A stretch of 64,000 bases of DNA from an uncultured bacterium (lineage in GTDB: Bacteria > Chloroflexota > UBA5177 > JANWHV01): positions 736,001 through 800,000 of the forward strand of contig CAVSOU010000008.1 in NCBI GenBank assembly GCA_963729625.1, written 5' to 3'. The notes under the pieces are model-generated. The model was given only the letters and a program-made list of their open reading frames with translations, was not told where the DNA came from and did no database searches. Within the stretch, counting starts at the first letter, position 1; every line of letters begins with the position of its first letter. The position numbers and the translations under genes were made by a program. Shown here in pieces: positions 30,035 through 40,276 of this stretch.

Positions 30035-30865
30035 TCACCTAGCACGCGGCACGCTCAGGTTTCGCATGGCTACCACCTCGTCAGCGCGCGTGCGGTCGCC
30101 CGTGCAGCTGATCATTCGTGGCGCCGGCAGTCTCAGCCGCGTAGTATAGCCGAGCCTGTTGTACAACTCGATAATGCGAGGCGTGGCTTGGTTTGAGAGG
30201 ATGACCGGACCGGAGTGATGCGTGAGCCACTCTGCCAGCCGTACCTGCTCTTCCCAGCCGAAGCGCTCTGAGGAGTACTGGGTGAACTGGACGTCATAGG
30301 GTGGATCGGCATATACGAAGTCATCTGGCTGCAACTCGATCTGGTCGAACGGAGTGCACGTGAACGACCATGGCTCCAGCACGTTGCGGTACGCATGCAG
30401 ATCCTCGGGGAAGTTGATCGACCGGTATCGCCCGAATGGCACGTTAAACGTACCCTTCTTCCGGTTAAACCTGCAGAGACCGTTGAAGCACGTTCTGTTG
30501 AGATACCAGAACAGTTGTGCGGCCTCGACGCTATCCCGGCGCCCGCTCGTAATCAACTCGTTGAATCGAGCTCGTTGTTTGTAGTAGAGCTCCTCGTCAT
30601 TCCGCATTTCGATGTCGAATCGAAGCCCGCTGCGTAGCCAGCAATAAAAGGAAATCAGGTGCGGGTTGATGTCATTCAGCAGCGACTTTTCCGGCAGAAG
30701 GCCGAGTGTGACTGCCAAGCCCCCGACAAACGGCTCGACGAGCCGCCTGTGGCGATGCGCCTTCCAATACGGCTGAAGGTGCGGCACGAGCCACCGCTTG
30801 CCGCCGGCCCACTTGAGCGGAGGCTTGAGGGGCGGTAACTCGGATGGCGTGCCTGACAGGTTCAA
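30035..30865 (-). CDS. Dam/D12-class N6-adenine DNA methyltransferase (orphan)
   Basis: LKWAGGK, EPFVGG, LNDIN, FNGLCRFN, FNVPFG, DPPY. Confidence 0.93.
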   Translation of the reverse strand: MNLSGTPSELPPLKPPLKWAGGKRWLVPHLQPYWKAHRHRRLVEPFVGGLAVTLGLLPEKSLLNDINPHLISFYCWLRSGLRFDIEMRNDEELYYKQRARFNELITSGRRDSVEAAQLFWYLNRTCFNGLCRFNRKKGTFNVPFGRYRSINFPEDLHAYRNVLEPWSFTCTPFDQIELQPDDFVYADPPYDVQFTQYSSERFGWEEQVRLAEWLTHHSGPVILSNQATPRIIELYNRLGYTTRLRLPAPRMISCTGDRTRADEVVAMRNLSVPRAR

Positions 30866-30989
30866 CGAGTCAAGATCTTTCTGAGCGCCGTTCCTCTAGA
30901 AACGACGTGGTTGTTGCACCAACTCAGTTACGATACGAGATCAGCCCCTCCAGCGAAACCGGCATTGTTCGTAGAGCCGCTGGAACATC

Positions 30990-31095
30990 GAAGCACCTAT
31001 AGACACGCACAGTGCTGAGCTGTTCCTCGAAACGAATCGCACGCGAGTCGATACCGGCTCCCAAGATAAGCATTTGCTCCGCACTGGCAGCAGCT
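30990..31095 (-). pseudogene. LCM-family SAM-dependent methyltransferase remnant
   Basis: EQMLILGAGIDSRAIRF...VRVY resembles QxVILGAGxDxRAxR; only a short fragment. Confidence 0.5.
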
Positions 31096-31194
31096 CGACA
31101 GCACTGCCGATGCTGACATCCACAAGGAATTCGCTGCTTCAAGATCGGATTATGATACACATGGTCAAACAACTGAAAACGAGGAGTAGCCCAG

Positions 31195-31674
31195 ATGCCC
31201 AAGATTTCTCCCTTCCTATGGTTCGATGGTCAGGCGGAGGAGGCAACCCAGTTCTATGTCTCTCTGTTCAAGAATTCAAAGGTGCTGAGTATCAATCGCT
31301 ATGGCGAGGGCTCTCCCGCAGCGGGCACGGTCATGATGACGACCTTTGAACTGGATGGGCAGCAGATCATGGCGCTGAATGGTGGCCCACAGTTCACGTT
31401 CACGGAGGCCATCTCCTTCTTTGTGAACTGCGAGACGCAGGCCGAGGTCGATGAGCTGTGGACAAAGCTCACCGAAGGTGGCGAAGAGGGACAGTGCGGT
31501 TGGCTCAAGGACAAGTTCGGCCTCTCCTGGCAGATTGTTCCGGTGGCTCTTGGCGAACTGCTCGGTGACCCCGACCCCGCGAAGGCCGGGAGAGTGATGG
31601 AGGCTATGCTGAAGATGCATAAGATCGACACTGCTGTGTTGAGGCAGGCGTATGATAACGTGACTGTGTCGTGA
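31195..31674 (+). CDS. VOC family protein (PhnB-like)
   Basis: ISPFLWF, ALNGGP, CGWLKDKFGLSWQIVP; GAGGAG RBS. Confidence 0.93.
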   Translation: MPKISPFLWFDGQAEEATQFYVSLFKNSKVLSINRYGEGSPAAGTVMMTTFELDGQQIMALNGGPQFTFTEAISFFVNCETQAEVDELWTKLTEGGEEGQCGWLKDKFGLSWQIVPVALGELLGDPDPAKAGRVMEAMLKMHKIDTAVLRQAYDNVTVS

Positions 31675-31813
31675 GTTGCTGCAGGCTCCACTGCGGAAGC
31701 TGAATGACTCATGATCTGCTGCCGGATGTCGTAGTGTGCGACGTCCAACTCCAAGACATATCTGGAGTCGACGTGATAGCGCGTGGGCACGCCGTTTCCG
31801 GACACGCGGCGCG

Positions 31814-32389
31814 TTATCGTGACAACCTAGTACTGCGCCTCACAAGCTGCTCGATCGGGGGTTTGGAGCACGGGGTCCAGGCATGCCGCGAGTCCTCGTG
31901 TCGCCCGTGCGGCACGGCGAAGGGGACCAGACGTCGGAAGGGCGTGCTTGCCACCACCGCGCCACCGTGGGCGATCGCTTGCAGCGCATGGAGCAAGAGT
32001 TCGGGGGAGCCATCCTGCGCGACGTATCCCAAGGCGCCTGCGTGCAGGTAGGCGAGGGCGCCGGCATTGTCTGCTGCGCCCAGCACAAGAATCGATACCA
32101 CCGGAAATTGGCGACCGATCATACGCACTATCGACAGGCCATCGTTCGGGGGCCGCACGGCGCCGACCAGCACGACTCGAGGCTGCAGTGCGGCGATCTG
32201 TGTGGAGGTCTGGCGACCACTCCTGGCATCGCCTACCACTATGACACCTGCTCTCGCCCGCAGCATAGCGTGCAGTCGATGGCGTGCGGGGATCTGATCT
32301 TGCACGATCAAGACAAACACCACCCTGGCGCGTACGGCAGGTTTCCCTTCCAGGGTTTCCGTGCGATCTATGTCCGCTACTGCGCTCAA
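31814..32389 (-). pseudogene. degenerate NarL-like receiver domain
   Basis: VLIVQDQ, VVGDARSG, AGALGYV...LLHALQAIAHGG; phospho-Asp and Lys not conserved, no LuxR HTH. Confidence 0.5.
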
Positions 32390-32519
32390 TCCTCGACTCG
32401 GCTCGCGCCTGCGTGCACTATGGGCAGAGCGCGAATGTCAGGTCTCGGGAGTAGAGGAGCTGCCAGAAAATGCTCATGCCTCCCTTTTCGCGCGCGTGTT
32501 CCACGCAAATGGCGTCGCT

Positions 32520-33155
32520 TCAGTGCAGCCGGAACGTTCCCGCCATCTGGAGGAACTCGGGCAGCGCGGCTTCGCGAGCCGCGCCGGTCACTGCAGTGAG
32601 GACAATGCGCCAGCCGCGCTGTGCCGCCACGAACACCGCCTCGGTCCTGTAGAGTGCGTCGTCGCCCCGGCCCGTCTGCACCTCGAGCACGTATGCCGGT
32701 TGCCCACCTGCCTCGGTCGTGCCCAGACTCCGCGCCGTGTATGCGTTGGTCGCGTACGCCTCCTCAGCGCGCTGCAGGTCCAGCAGCACGATGTCCGCGT
32801 AATCGGCCGAGGTCAGACCGGAGCCGGACGGCAGGCGCTCGGCCGACACGTCGATGTCGCCAACCATACGCTTGGAGAAGACGTCGCCGTCGAAGTATGT
32901 CCCCGGAAGCCGGCGCGACGAACCGGAGATGCTCCCGCCGGCCTGCCAGCCGGGCGGGTAGCCGATGCTGTATGGCAGGACTCGTGAGCTGTACAGCGTG
33001 AATCCCGCGGGGAGCGTGGCGCGGACAGCGCCGGCCCGCTGTTGCCCCAGCCCGTTCGGCGCCCACGCGGGCAGGGTCGCGAAGATCGCGGCAAGCACCA
33101 GCGCCGCTGTGAGCGCGCGAGGGCATCGGTACCGCTGGGCAGGGACTGTCTCCAT
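32520..33155 (-). CDS. secreted PsbP-like protein
   Basis: Signal-like N-terminus, YSIGYPPGW, terminal QMAGTFRL; GGGAG RBS. Confidence 0.6.
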   Translation of the reverse strand: METVPAQRYRCPRALTAALVLAAIFATLPAWAPNGLGQQRAGAVRATLPAGFTLYSSRVLPYSIGYPPGWQAGGSISGSSRRLPGTYFDGDVFSKRMVGDIDVSAERLPSGSGLTSADYADIVLLDLQRAEEAYATNAYTARSLGTTEAGGQPAYVLEVQTGRGDDALYRTEAVFVAAQRGWRIVLTAVTGAAREAALPEFLQMAGTFRLH

Positions 33156-33501
33156 GATGTGCTCCCTTCTTGTTGCGACGGTTCGAAACAGGCTCAGGCG
33201 GCGCCTCGCCCTGCCGTCGCGTGGGCTCGCGCCGCGGCGTGACGGAGCCGGGCAGCGAATGCACAGGCGTCGCAGTCAGGGCAGCGCAGGGCGCCGGCGA
33301 TCCTGTCGGCAGTTGCTTGCCCACGCAGCGGGTATGCACGGTCGCCATCGCCATGCCTATTCTGTTTGCTGTGGCTGCAGGAGAGGCAGCCCGGCCGGCT
33401 GCACCGGCGATACTGCTGGTTATAGCTCACGCGCGGGGCTGGCTCATCCTTGCTGCGGGCCATCTGCGGCCTCCGTGCACGGCGAGGCGTCTACTACAGG
33501 A

Positions 33502-33564
33502 AAGTATGGCGCAGCCGTGAGGCGCACGCAAGAGACAGTTCCCAGCGTGGCGAAGTATGGCGCA
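33502..33564. repeat. 12-bp direct repeat AAGTATGGCGCA (33502-33513, 33553-33564)
   Basis: Exact duplicate, 51 bp apart, intergenic. Confidence 0.6.
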
Positions 33565-33715
33565 TTAGGTTTGCGTGCTTGTGTCGACTCGAGTTCGAGC
33601 CACCCGAGCGCCGGCAGTACATCTTGACGGGATTCGCCGGTTAGGTTGCGACGCCGTACTAGCCAATGAGGTCGTCGACGAGGTCGACAATCATCGTGTT
33701 ACAACGTCGCCTGCG

Positions 33716-35290
33716 TCACCTGTCGAGGACTGCCTCCTGAAGCACGCCAACCGCACCGTCCCCCGGCATGCTTCCCATGGTGTAGCGTACGACCCTGCTG
33801 GGAAGAGCACCACTGCGTTCGCGCAGAATGGCAGTCGCGGCGTCTGCCTGAGATGCCCACAGCTCGTCTATGGTCTCCCGTGGTGTCCGCGAGGCAAGCG
33901 TAGCCGTCGCTGTGCTCAAGTGCTCTGCCCACAGGCGAAGCCGGAGGCTGCGTGCCAGGTCATCGCTCAGCACCGGCACGTTCAGCTCGCTGTCCCCTTC
34001 CAAGCCACGCGCATTCAAGTTTGCTGAGCCGACCGTACACCATTCGTCGTCGATGATCGCCACCTTGGCGTGCACGTAGACCGGCTTGTAGATCCATGAG
34101 CGGTGATCCATCGCCCGGGCTGAGGTATAGAGGGTAACTAGCTGAACACGGCCGCGCCCATCGTCGGCATCGAGCAGTTGCTGGAGGTGGACGTCGGTAT
34201 CGCGCTTGCCTATGTTCGGCATTGCCGGCAACACGAGCACGATGCGAAAGTCGGGATCGGTGCATCGACGCAGTGCGGCAATCAACTCGTTCGTCACCGC
34301 GGGTGACCAGAGATACTGATTCTCAATGTAGATGAAGCGCTGCGCGTTCTTCAGCGCCTGGCGGTATGCCCAGGCGATGCCGAACTCACCGTGCGGGGCA
34401 AACGGATAGGTGTGGGCCGGGATGGTACGTAGCACCTGAACGGGTGCGCCCTGGCCGGGCGCATCGCGCGCCGTCCCGGCTACGGTCAGCGTTTCGTGGC
34501 AGATTGCCTGCCACCGTTGGGCAAAGTTCTGCGCCACGTCAGCGGCTGCCTGGCCCGCTAGCTGGAGACACACATCATGCCAGTTGAAGCCGGCGCGCAC
34601 GGGATGCGCCGTCGTATCCCAACGGTCTATATCATGGTCCGTCATATCCAGGCCACCCACGAACGCGGTGTGCCCGTCTACCACGATCGTCTTCTGGTGA
34701 TGGCAATGGGTCCAGCGAACATGACTGTCTACCCTGCCCAGAATGGCAGGGTTGGCGAGACGCAGCTGCTTCAGGCTGCGGCGCGCCGCACGGGCGCGAG
34801 GCTGAAACACAGTCGCACCGCGCCACAGCAATACACGCACGTCGACATGCGCGGCCACATCGGCAAGCAGATCCACCACGCTGTAGCCGCTAAGGTGCTG
34901 CGGACTGGCGGGTCGAATGGTCTTTCTGTCTTCACCCCGCACGAGGTCCATCGACGCGGACATCGCCCAGTCCGCGAGCCAAACGGAGTACTTGGCCTCG
35001 CGAATCGCGCACCACGCCGCTAGAAACGCTTCCTGACCATCAACATGGATGGTCACATTCGTGTTGGGGCGCGGCGGAGTGCCGGCCGGAAACCATTGGG
35101 GTTCGTCCCCCCACCAGGCGCCCGCTTCGGGTTGCAGGTCTTCGCATTGGCGCCACTCGCGGTAGCCGTGCCGCCACCGCGAGCCACCACGGTCACGAAG
35201 CACCACGCCGGCGCGTTCGACGTGGGATGCCAGTCTCACGCTCTGTTTGCTCCCGTGTTCGAGGCCACTGCCTGACGGCGGTCCGGGCAC
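33716..35290 (-). CDS. phospholipase D family protein
   Basis: Two HKD motifs HHQKTIVVD and HAKVAIIDD; IYIENQY; GSANLN. Start uncertain. Confidence 0.92.
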   Translation of the reverse strand: MPGPPSGSGLEHGSKQSVRLASHVERAGVVLRDRGGSRWRHGYREWRQCEDLQPEAGAWWGDEPQWFPAGTPPRPNTNVTIHVDGQEAFLAAWCAIREAKYSVWLADWAMSASMDLVRGEDRKTIRPASPQHLSGYSVVDLLADVAAHVDVRVLLWRGATVFQPRARAARRSLKQLRLANPAILGRVDSHVRWTHCHHQKTIVVDGHTAFVGGLDMTDHDIDRWDTTAHPVRAGFNWHDVCLQLAGQAAADVAQNFAQRWQAICHETLTVAGTARDAPGQGAPVQVLRTIPAHTYPFAPHGEFGIAWAYRQALKNAQRFIYIENQYLWSPAVTNELIAALRRCTDPDFRIVLVLPAMPNIGKRDTDVHLQQLLDADDGRGRVQLVTLYTSARAMDHRSWIYKPVYVHAKVAIIDDEWCTVGSANLNARGLEGDSELNVPVLSDDLARSLRLRLWAEHLSTATATLASRTPRETIDELWASQADAATAILRERSGALPSRVVRYTMGSMPGDGAVGVLQEAVLDR

Positions 35291-35299
35291 GGCACGCCG

Positions 35300-35325
35300 C
35301 CATCATCCATCATCCATCATCCATC
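35300..35325. repeat. 7-bp tandem repeat (CCATCAT) about 3.7 copies
   Basis: Read directly between PAP2 stop and PLD start. Confidence 0.7.
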
Positions 35326-35329
35326 GATA

Positions 35330-36106
35330 CTATAGCGGCTGCCCAGGCAATCGGTTCCTTGCGGCTGCACCATGCCCAAGGCGGGACTTGAGGAGAAGGT
35401 GCAGCTCGATCGTGCCGGCCAGCCATACGCCGGCAAACAGATAGGCTCCCACTACGTCGCTTGGCCAGTGTTCGCCGAGATACACGCGCGAGGGGCCGAC
35501 CAGCAGCATCAGTAGAGCCAGAAGCACCAGGACGATGCCACGCGCAAGCCCTCCGCGCCAGCTCACAAGAACGGCGTAGAAGGCAAAACCGAAGAGCGTG
35601 ACATACTGCACGACGTGGCCGGAGGGAAAGCTGTAGCCGCCCAGGTGGTTGGCAATGGTAATGCCGGCCCCGGAGGGCCGCGCACGTCCAATGATGACCT
35701 TGACCTCACCGCCGATCACTCCCGCCAGGGCAGACGAGGAGATGGCCAGTATGGCTTCCAAACGTAATCCTGCACCGAAGAGGCCCGCAAGCACCAGTAT
35801 GTACGAAACGATGTTCAGCGGAGCGAAGCCCAGATCGCTTTCATGCGTGAGCACCCAGTCGTATACCGGCTGGTGAATGGACTGCACGGCACTGGCGATG
35901 GGCCGGTCGAATTGCAGGAGGGCGCTGCTCTCGTGCGCCAGCACTCCTAGCGCGACAAATCCACTAATCGCCGCTGCCAAAAGGCCAGCATAGAGGTACG
36001 TGACGGCGCCTCTTTGTTCAGGTTTCTCACGCCGTCTCCATGGGCAGCAGCACTGTGAACGTCGCGCCCGCCCCTTCCTTACTCCCCACCTCGATCGCGC
36101 CGCCAT
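35330..36106 (-). CDS. PAP2-family phosphatase (5' end uncertain, possibly truncated)
   Basis: KxxxxRxRP, SFPSGH, SRVYLGEHWPSDV; first ~35 codons overlap a kinase remnant. Confidence 0.85.
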   Translation of the reverse strand: MAARSRWGVRKGRARRSQCCCPWRRREKPEQRGAVTYLYAGLLAAAISGFVALGVLAHESSALLQFDRPIASAVQSIHQPVYDWVLTHESDLGFAPLNIVSYILVLAGLFGAGLRLEAILAISSSALAGVIGGEVKVIIGRARPSGAGITIANHLGGYSFPSGHVVQYVTLFGFAFYAVLVSWRGGLARGIVLVLLALLMLLVGPSRVYLGEHWPSDVVGAYLFAGVWLAGTIELHLLLKSRLGHGAAARNRLPGQPL

Positions 36107-36220
36107 GCAGCTCCACTATCTCTCTCACGCCGGCCAGTCCGATCTTCGAGCCGGGCACCGATCCCAAGACGTTCGTTCCGCGATGGAAACGGTTGAAGAT
36201 GAAGGGCGTCAGGTGCCACT
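36027..36220 (-). pseudogene. histidine kinase HATPase C-terminal remnant
   Basis: IFNRFHRG...GSKIGLAGVREIVELHGGAIEV.S.EGAGATFTVLLP (F and G2 boxes). Confidence 0.7.
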
Positions 36221-36565
36221 TACTCCGCAATTCCGCTTGGGCACGTGCCGCTGCCCCGCCTTGCCCTGATTGGTTGCCGCCAATACAACGACGTGCCGAT
36301 CCTTCCTCTGTATCCGCTTTCTGGATCTTACCGCCCCCGGGAGTCGACGGGCACAGCCTGCAAGCTGCCGACTGGCGCTTGCGCGGCATATAATTGGAGC
36401 GAGCGTTTGGTCGGCATCAGCGGATGCGCGAGTTGAACCACGTGCATGTGGCTCAAGAGGCCAATTCCGGCGCGCCGGCTGAGCGGTCGAGCGGGATCGT
36501 GAAGGTCCTATTGGGTTCGACACCGTCCGGTATTTCGTCCGAGCATGGTTTGAAGGTTGGTGCAT

Positions 36566-37673
36566 ATGGCTCAGCAGCACGCGCGACAGTCCGAAACGAA
36601 CCTGAACCGGCCTGCCTGGATGCCGCCCCCTGACTATCGGCGCCTGTTGACCACCCTGCGGCGCGAGGAGCCGGATCGGGTGCCGATCGCCGAACTGGGC
36701 GTGGACCCGCCGATCAAGGAGAAGCTCCTCGGTCGGCCGGTGCGAGGGGTTGAGGACGACGTCGAGTTCTGGTATCGGGCCGGGTACGACTACATCTACC
36801 TGCGCCCCGCGTACGAGTTCCCGGGCACCATGACCGGCAATGTGACCACCGGCCAGCCGAAGTACGACCACAACCTCGACTATGAAGAGAAGAGTCTCTC
36901 CATGACCGAATCGGGGGTCATTGCCACGATGGCCGATGTGGACGCGTACGCGTGGCCCGATCCGGGTTGTGACGCCTACTACCAACCGCTGACCGATGCG
37001 GTGCGGTGCCTGCCGTCCGGTATGGGACTGATCTCGGGCGTAGGCGGCATCTTCACCCGCGTCTGGATGCTGCTCGGATTTGAGCGATTCTGCATCGCGT
37101 TAAGCGAGGACCCGGAGCTGATCGCCGAGTTGTTCCGGCGGGTGGCGGCCACTCAGATCGCCGTACTGGAACGAGTCATCCGTGAGCCGGGCCTGATTGC
37201 CGTCTGGTACGGAGACGACCTTGCGTACACCAGATCGTTAATGGTCTCGCCAAAGGTCTACAGGCAGTATCTGTTTCCCCATATGGAGGCACTTGCCGGG
37301 ATCGCCCATCGCGCGGGGATGCCCTTCATGTACCACACCGATGGCAGGCTTTGGGACGTGATCCCCGATCTCAGTTGCCGTCGGCGTGGATGCTCTCCAC
37401 CCCATTGAGACCCAGGCCATGGATATCAATGAGGTGAAACGACTTTATGGCAAGCACCTGGCCCTGATCGGCAACATCGACCCCAACACGCTGGGGCTGG
37501 GCACGCCGGAGCAGGTGCGAGCGGAGGTGCGCCAGCGCATCAGGGAGCTTGCCCCGGGCGGCGGTTATGCGGTCGGAGCCAGTCCAGGCATCGCCTACTA
37601 CATGCGCATGGAGAACTATGAGGCGATGCGGCGTTGCGTCTTTGAGGAGGGCATGTATCCAATCAAAGCATGA
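36566..37673 (+). pseudogene. uroporphyrinogen decarboxylase-like family protein, +1 frameshift near 37373
   Basis: EPDRVP, GDDLA, YHTDG, then GVDALHPIE, GNID, GTPEQV, APGGGY in the next frame. Confidence 0.85.
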
Positions 37674-37897
37674 TCCGCCACTCGTGGTGTCGCACGCGAC
37701 TGGCTGTTGGGTGTGAGCCTCGTCACGTGCCACTGCTCGTGCTCAGTCTAGAGAACCTCGCTGTGCAACAACGGTAGGTATGTACATGGTTGGTCTGAAG
37801 GGAGCATGGGTCATGGCACGGCTGCATGCGTTAGTGTTGGCTTCTCTCGTCCTCATCGGCGCCGCGAGCCAGCTTCCCGCGGCGCGATTCTCGACTC

Positions 37898-38833
37898 TCA
37901 ACGAACACGAGAGTTGTGGATCTCCCGCGCAAACGCTGCTGCTTCGCCAGTGAGACTCGCGGGTATGGAAAACTCCACGTGATAACACACTCGCGAGCGT
38001 CCAAGTCCGAAGACAATCGTCGATTCCGGCTGGCCTTGCCTCACTTCAGCTGAGTGGAGCGAACGCAGTGGCATGATCCAGGCATCGCAACCATAGGAGG
38101 TCTGTCTGCGGAGGGCGCGCGGCGCGTTCTTCACGAGCAGGACTTGTTGGTCCGTTCGGGCAAGCAGCATTGCCGGCTGCTCGTGCGCCAGCAGTGTCAG
38201 GCGTTGCAAGAGGTGTCCCCTGCGAAGTGCGGGAAAGCTGAGAAAGCTTCGCACCTGCTCGTTCGGCGCCAGGTACTTCCGCAGGTAATAACGTTGCCGG
38301 TGGCTCGCCTTGGCCGCGGCGTGGCTGGCTGCTCCAACCTGCTCCGTAGGTGCCGCGCCGGGACCGGCGGCAGTCGACCGCCGGTGAGAATCCAGACTCG
38401 TTCGGATCAGGCTTAGGGCGGCGAGAACTGACGGCTCATTTACTCCGTTGTAGACGATGGTCACGCGTTGCATTCCGTCGGGTGACGCCAGCACAAACGT
38501 GATCGCGCAATCCAATAGATGAGAGCGAAGCTCGATTGCGACCATCGCGTCGATCGAGCTGGACGCGGCGACGTATTGCCGAGCCGCGCTGGTAGTGGCG
38601 CTATCCTCCGGATCGTCCAGCACAAGCACGCGTTCCCGGCAGACAATCAGCGCTCGACCAGGCTCCGGGCGCCTTCCAGCGGATCGGCCATACGACCGAA
38701 CGTTTGGCGGATCGCGGAAGCTTGCCAGGTATGCGACACCCAGCACAGCTTCTGACGAAGCCAGTTGGCGCTCGACGGCGGCCTTGAGTAAAGGCGGGAG
38801 ACGGTCAAGGGACATCATGGTTGGCTCGGCCAT
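37898..38833 (-). CDS. hypothetical protein with two internally similar beta-rich halves
   Basis: Long ORF co-oriented with upstream gene; start taken at ATG 38833. Confidence 0.6.
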   Translation of the reverse strand: MAEPTMMSLDRLPPLLKAAVERQLASSEAVLGVAYLASFRDPPNVRSYGRSAGRRPEPGRALIVCRERVLVLDDPEDSATTSAARQYVAASSSIDAMVAIELRSHLLDCAITFVLASPDGMQRVTIVYNGVNEPSVLAALSLIRTSLDSHRRSTAAGPGAAPTEQVGAASHAAAKASHRQRYYLRKYLAPNEQVRSFLSFPALRRGHLLQRLTLLAHEQPAMLLARTDQQVLLVKNAPRALRRQTSYGCDAWIMPLRSLHSAEVRQGQPESTIVFGLGRSRVCYHVEFSIPASLTGEAAAFAREIHNSRVR

Positions 38834-38953
38834 AGTGATATATCCATCCGGAACTGTCAGGTCAATCCGAGTCACACTGTAGCACGGAGCGCGAATACCT
38901 GCCGTGAGTCGGCGAGGTCGGAGCAGTGTCGGCACAGTTCCTGGTTTGGGCCC

Positions 38954-40066
38954 TTATATGCCCAGCATGCTGCGCTTGCCATAGCCGACCAGCTCGGTGT
39001 AGGCTCGCCCCGCAATCGGCTTGCCCCGCAGGGTGCCGGATACGACGCAGCTCCCCTCCCAGTACGTCGAGCCCAGGCCGAGCGGATCGACGACCTCCTG
39101 ACCGGCCATCACCGGCGTCACCTGAGCATCCAGCCCAAGCGCGGGCACCACGATGTGCCAGCCCTGCGGATACCGCGTGCCGGTGGCGGGACTGGTCCAC
39201 GATCGTCCTGACGGGGTCATCTGTGAATCAGTCGTATCCACCTGCGTGCCGTTTGGGAAGCTTGCGGCCGCGCTCTTGGCCACGAGGCGCGAGCGATCGA
39301 AGTTGCTGAGCACGACGCTGATGCCGTTGTCGAGTTGCACGCCCATCCAGTCCCAGCCACGTATCTTGTCCCATCGCCAGGTCCCCCATTGGTGGTCCAT
39401 CCAGGTGACACCCGTCACGCTATACGATCGGCCGGCAAGGGTCAGCGTGCCCGTGGTAGCGAGATTGGTCAGGCTGTAGTAGTAGGAGTAACCCCCGGCG
39501 CCCATCGAAACGACCCCGTGTCCGCCTTCCAGCAAGGGCGTGCGCGCGGTCTCCACCGTGAGATCGACGGCGCCGGCGCTCATAGCGCCACGAATCCGAT
39601 ACGCGATGTTCGGTCCCGGCAGCGTATCGATAGCCGACGACACGCCGTCGCCGGCAGCGCGGATGGTCAAGGTCTTGGCTGACATAGTTGTCTTTGGCGG
39701 ATTGGGCAGCACGTAGCTCACGCGTGCATGAAACATGCGGGCAGCCTCGTCGGTTATGGCGAAGTCGACACGATAGCCGGTGTCGATCGGCGACAGCGGA
39801 AACACGTTCTTCAAACCCTGCAGCTTGAAGGTGACGAGCTCAAAACCGAAGGTGCGCCCCGTCGTGTCGCGCAGGTGCCCGGTGTAGTACCACCACTCGG
39901 TCTGAGCATTCGGATGCATGCGCGCATCGCCGGGCAGCACGATCGCTGCGAACGCCACGGGACGGGCGCGTGCCACGTTGGCAGGCACCGCCTGAGCGAG
40001 AATCGTGAGCGCCGCCAGCACCAGCCACCAGAAGATTGATCTGTCTCTGCTCACGCCCGTTGCCAT
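38954..40066 (-). CDS. AttH/CrtC-like lipocalin-fold secreted protein
   Basis: HP-x3-TEWWYYTG, SYYYS, WMDHQW, GWDW, YWEG, YTELVGY. Confidence 0.9.
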   Translation of the reverse strand: MATGVSRDRSIFWWLVLAALTILAQAVPANVARARPVAFAAIVLPGDARMHPNAQTEWWYYTGHLRDTTGRTFGFELVTFKLQGLKNVFPLSPIDTGYRVDFAITDEAARMFHARVSYVLPNPPKTTMSAKTLTIRAAGDGVSSAIDTLPGPNIAYRIRGAMSAGAVDLTVETARTPLLEGGHGVVSMGAGGYSYYYSLTNLATTGTLTLAGRSYSVTGVTWMDHQWGTWRWDKIRGWDWMGVQLDNGISVVLSNFDRSRLVAKSAAASFPNGTQVDTTDSQMTPSGRSWTSPATGTRYPQGWHIVVPALGLDAQVTPVMAGQEVVDPLGLGSTYWEGSCVVSGTLRGKPIAGRAYTELVGYGKRSMLGI

Positions 40067-40203
40067 TCTCGACTCCCATGCCACGCCCGGACGATGCCAC
40101 CTAACCGAAGGTTCCGCCGAGCGACCGAACGCACGGCATTCCATTGCATCAGTACCAGGATCGCGACTGATGAGGCAAGCCTGGATAACCCCATGGATAT
40201 TAT

Positions 40204-40217
40204 AGAACAAATATTCT
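40204..40217. promoter_or_regulatory. putative LexA (Gram-positive type) box
   Basis: AGAAC-AAAT-ATTCT, one mismatch to AGAAC-N4-GTTCT, inside palindrome ATAGAA...TTCTAT, abutting a TATTAT -10-like hexamer. Confidence 0.55.
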
Positions 40218-40276
40218 ATTATGTCTGCAGATGGTTAAACCGTGCTCACCCGCCGCCGCCCAGACAGGAGAAGACC

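Noticed and set aside
31704-31790. Receiver-like peptide LPDVVVCDVQLQDISGVDV
   Set aside because: Too short to call; at most a fragment.
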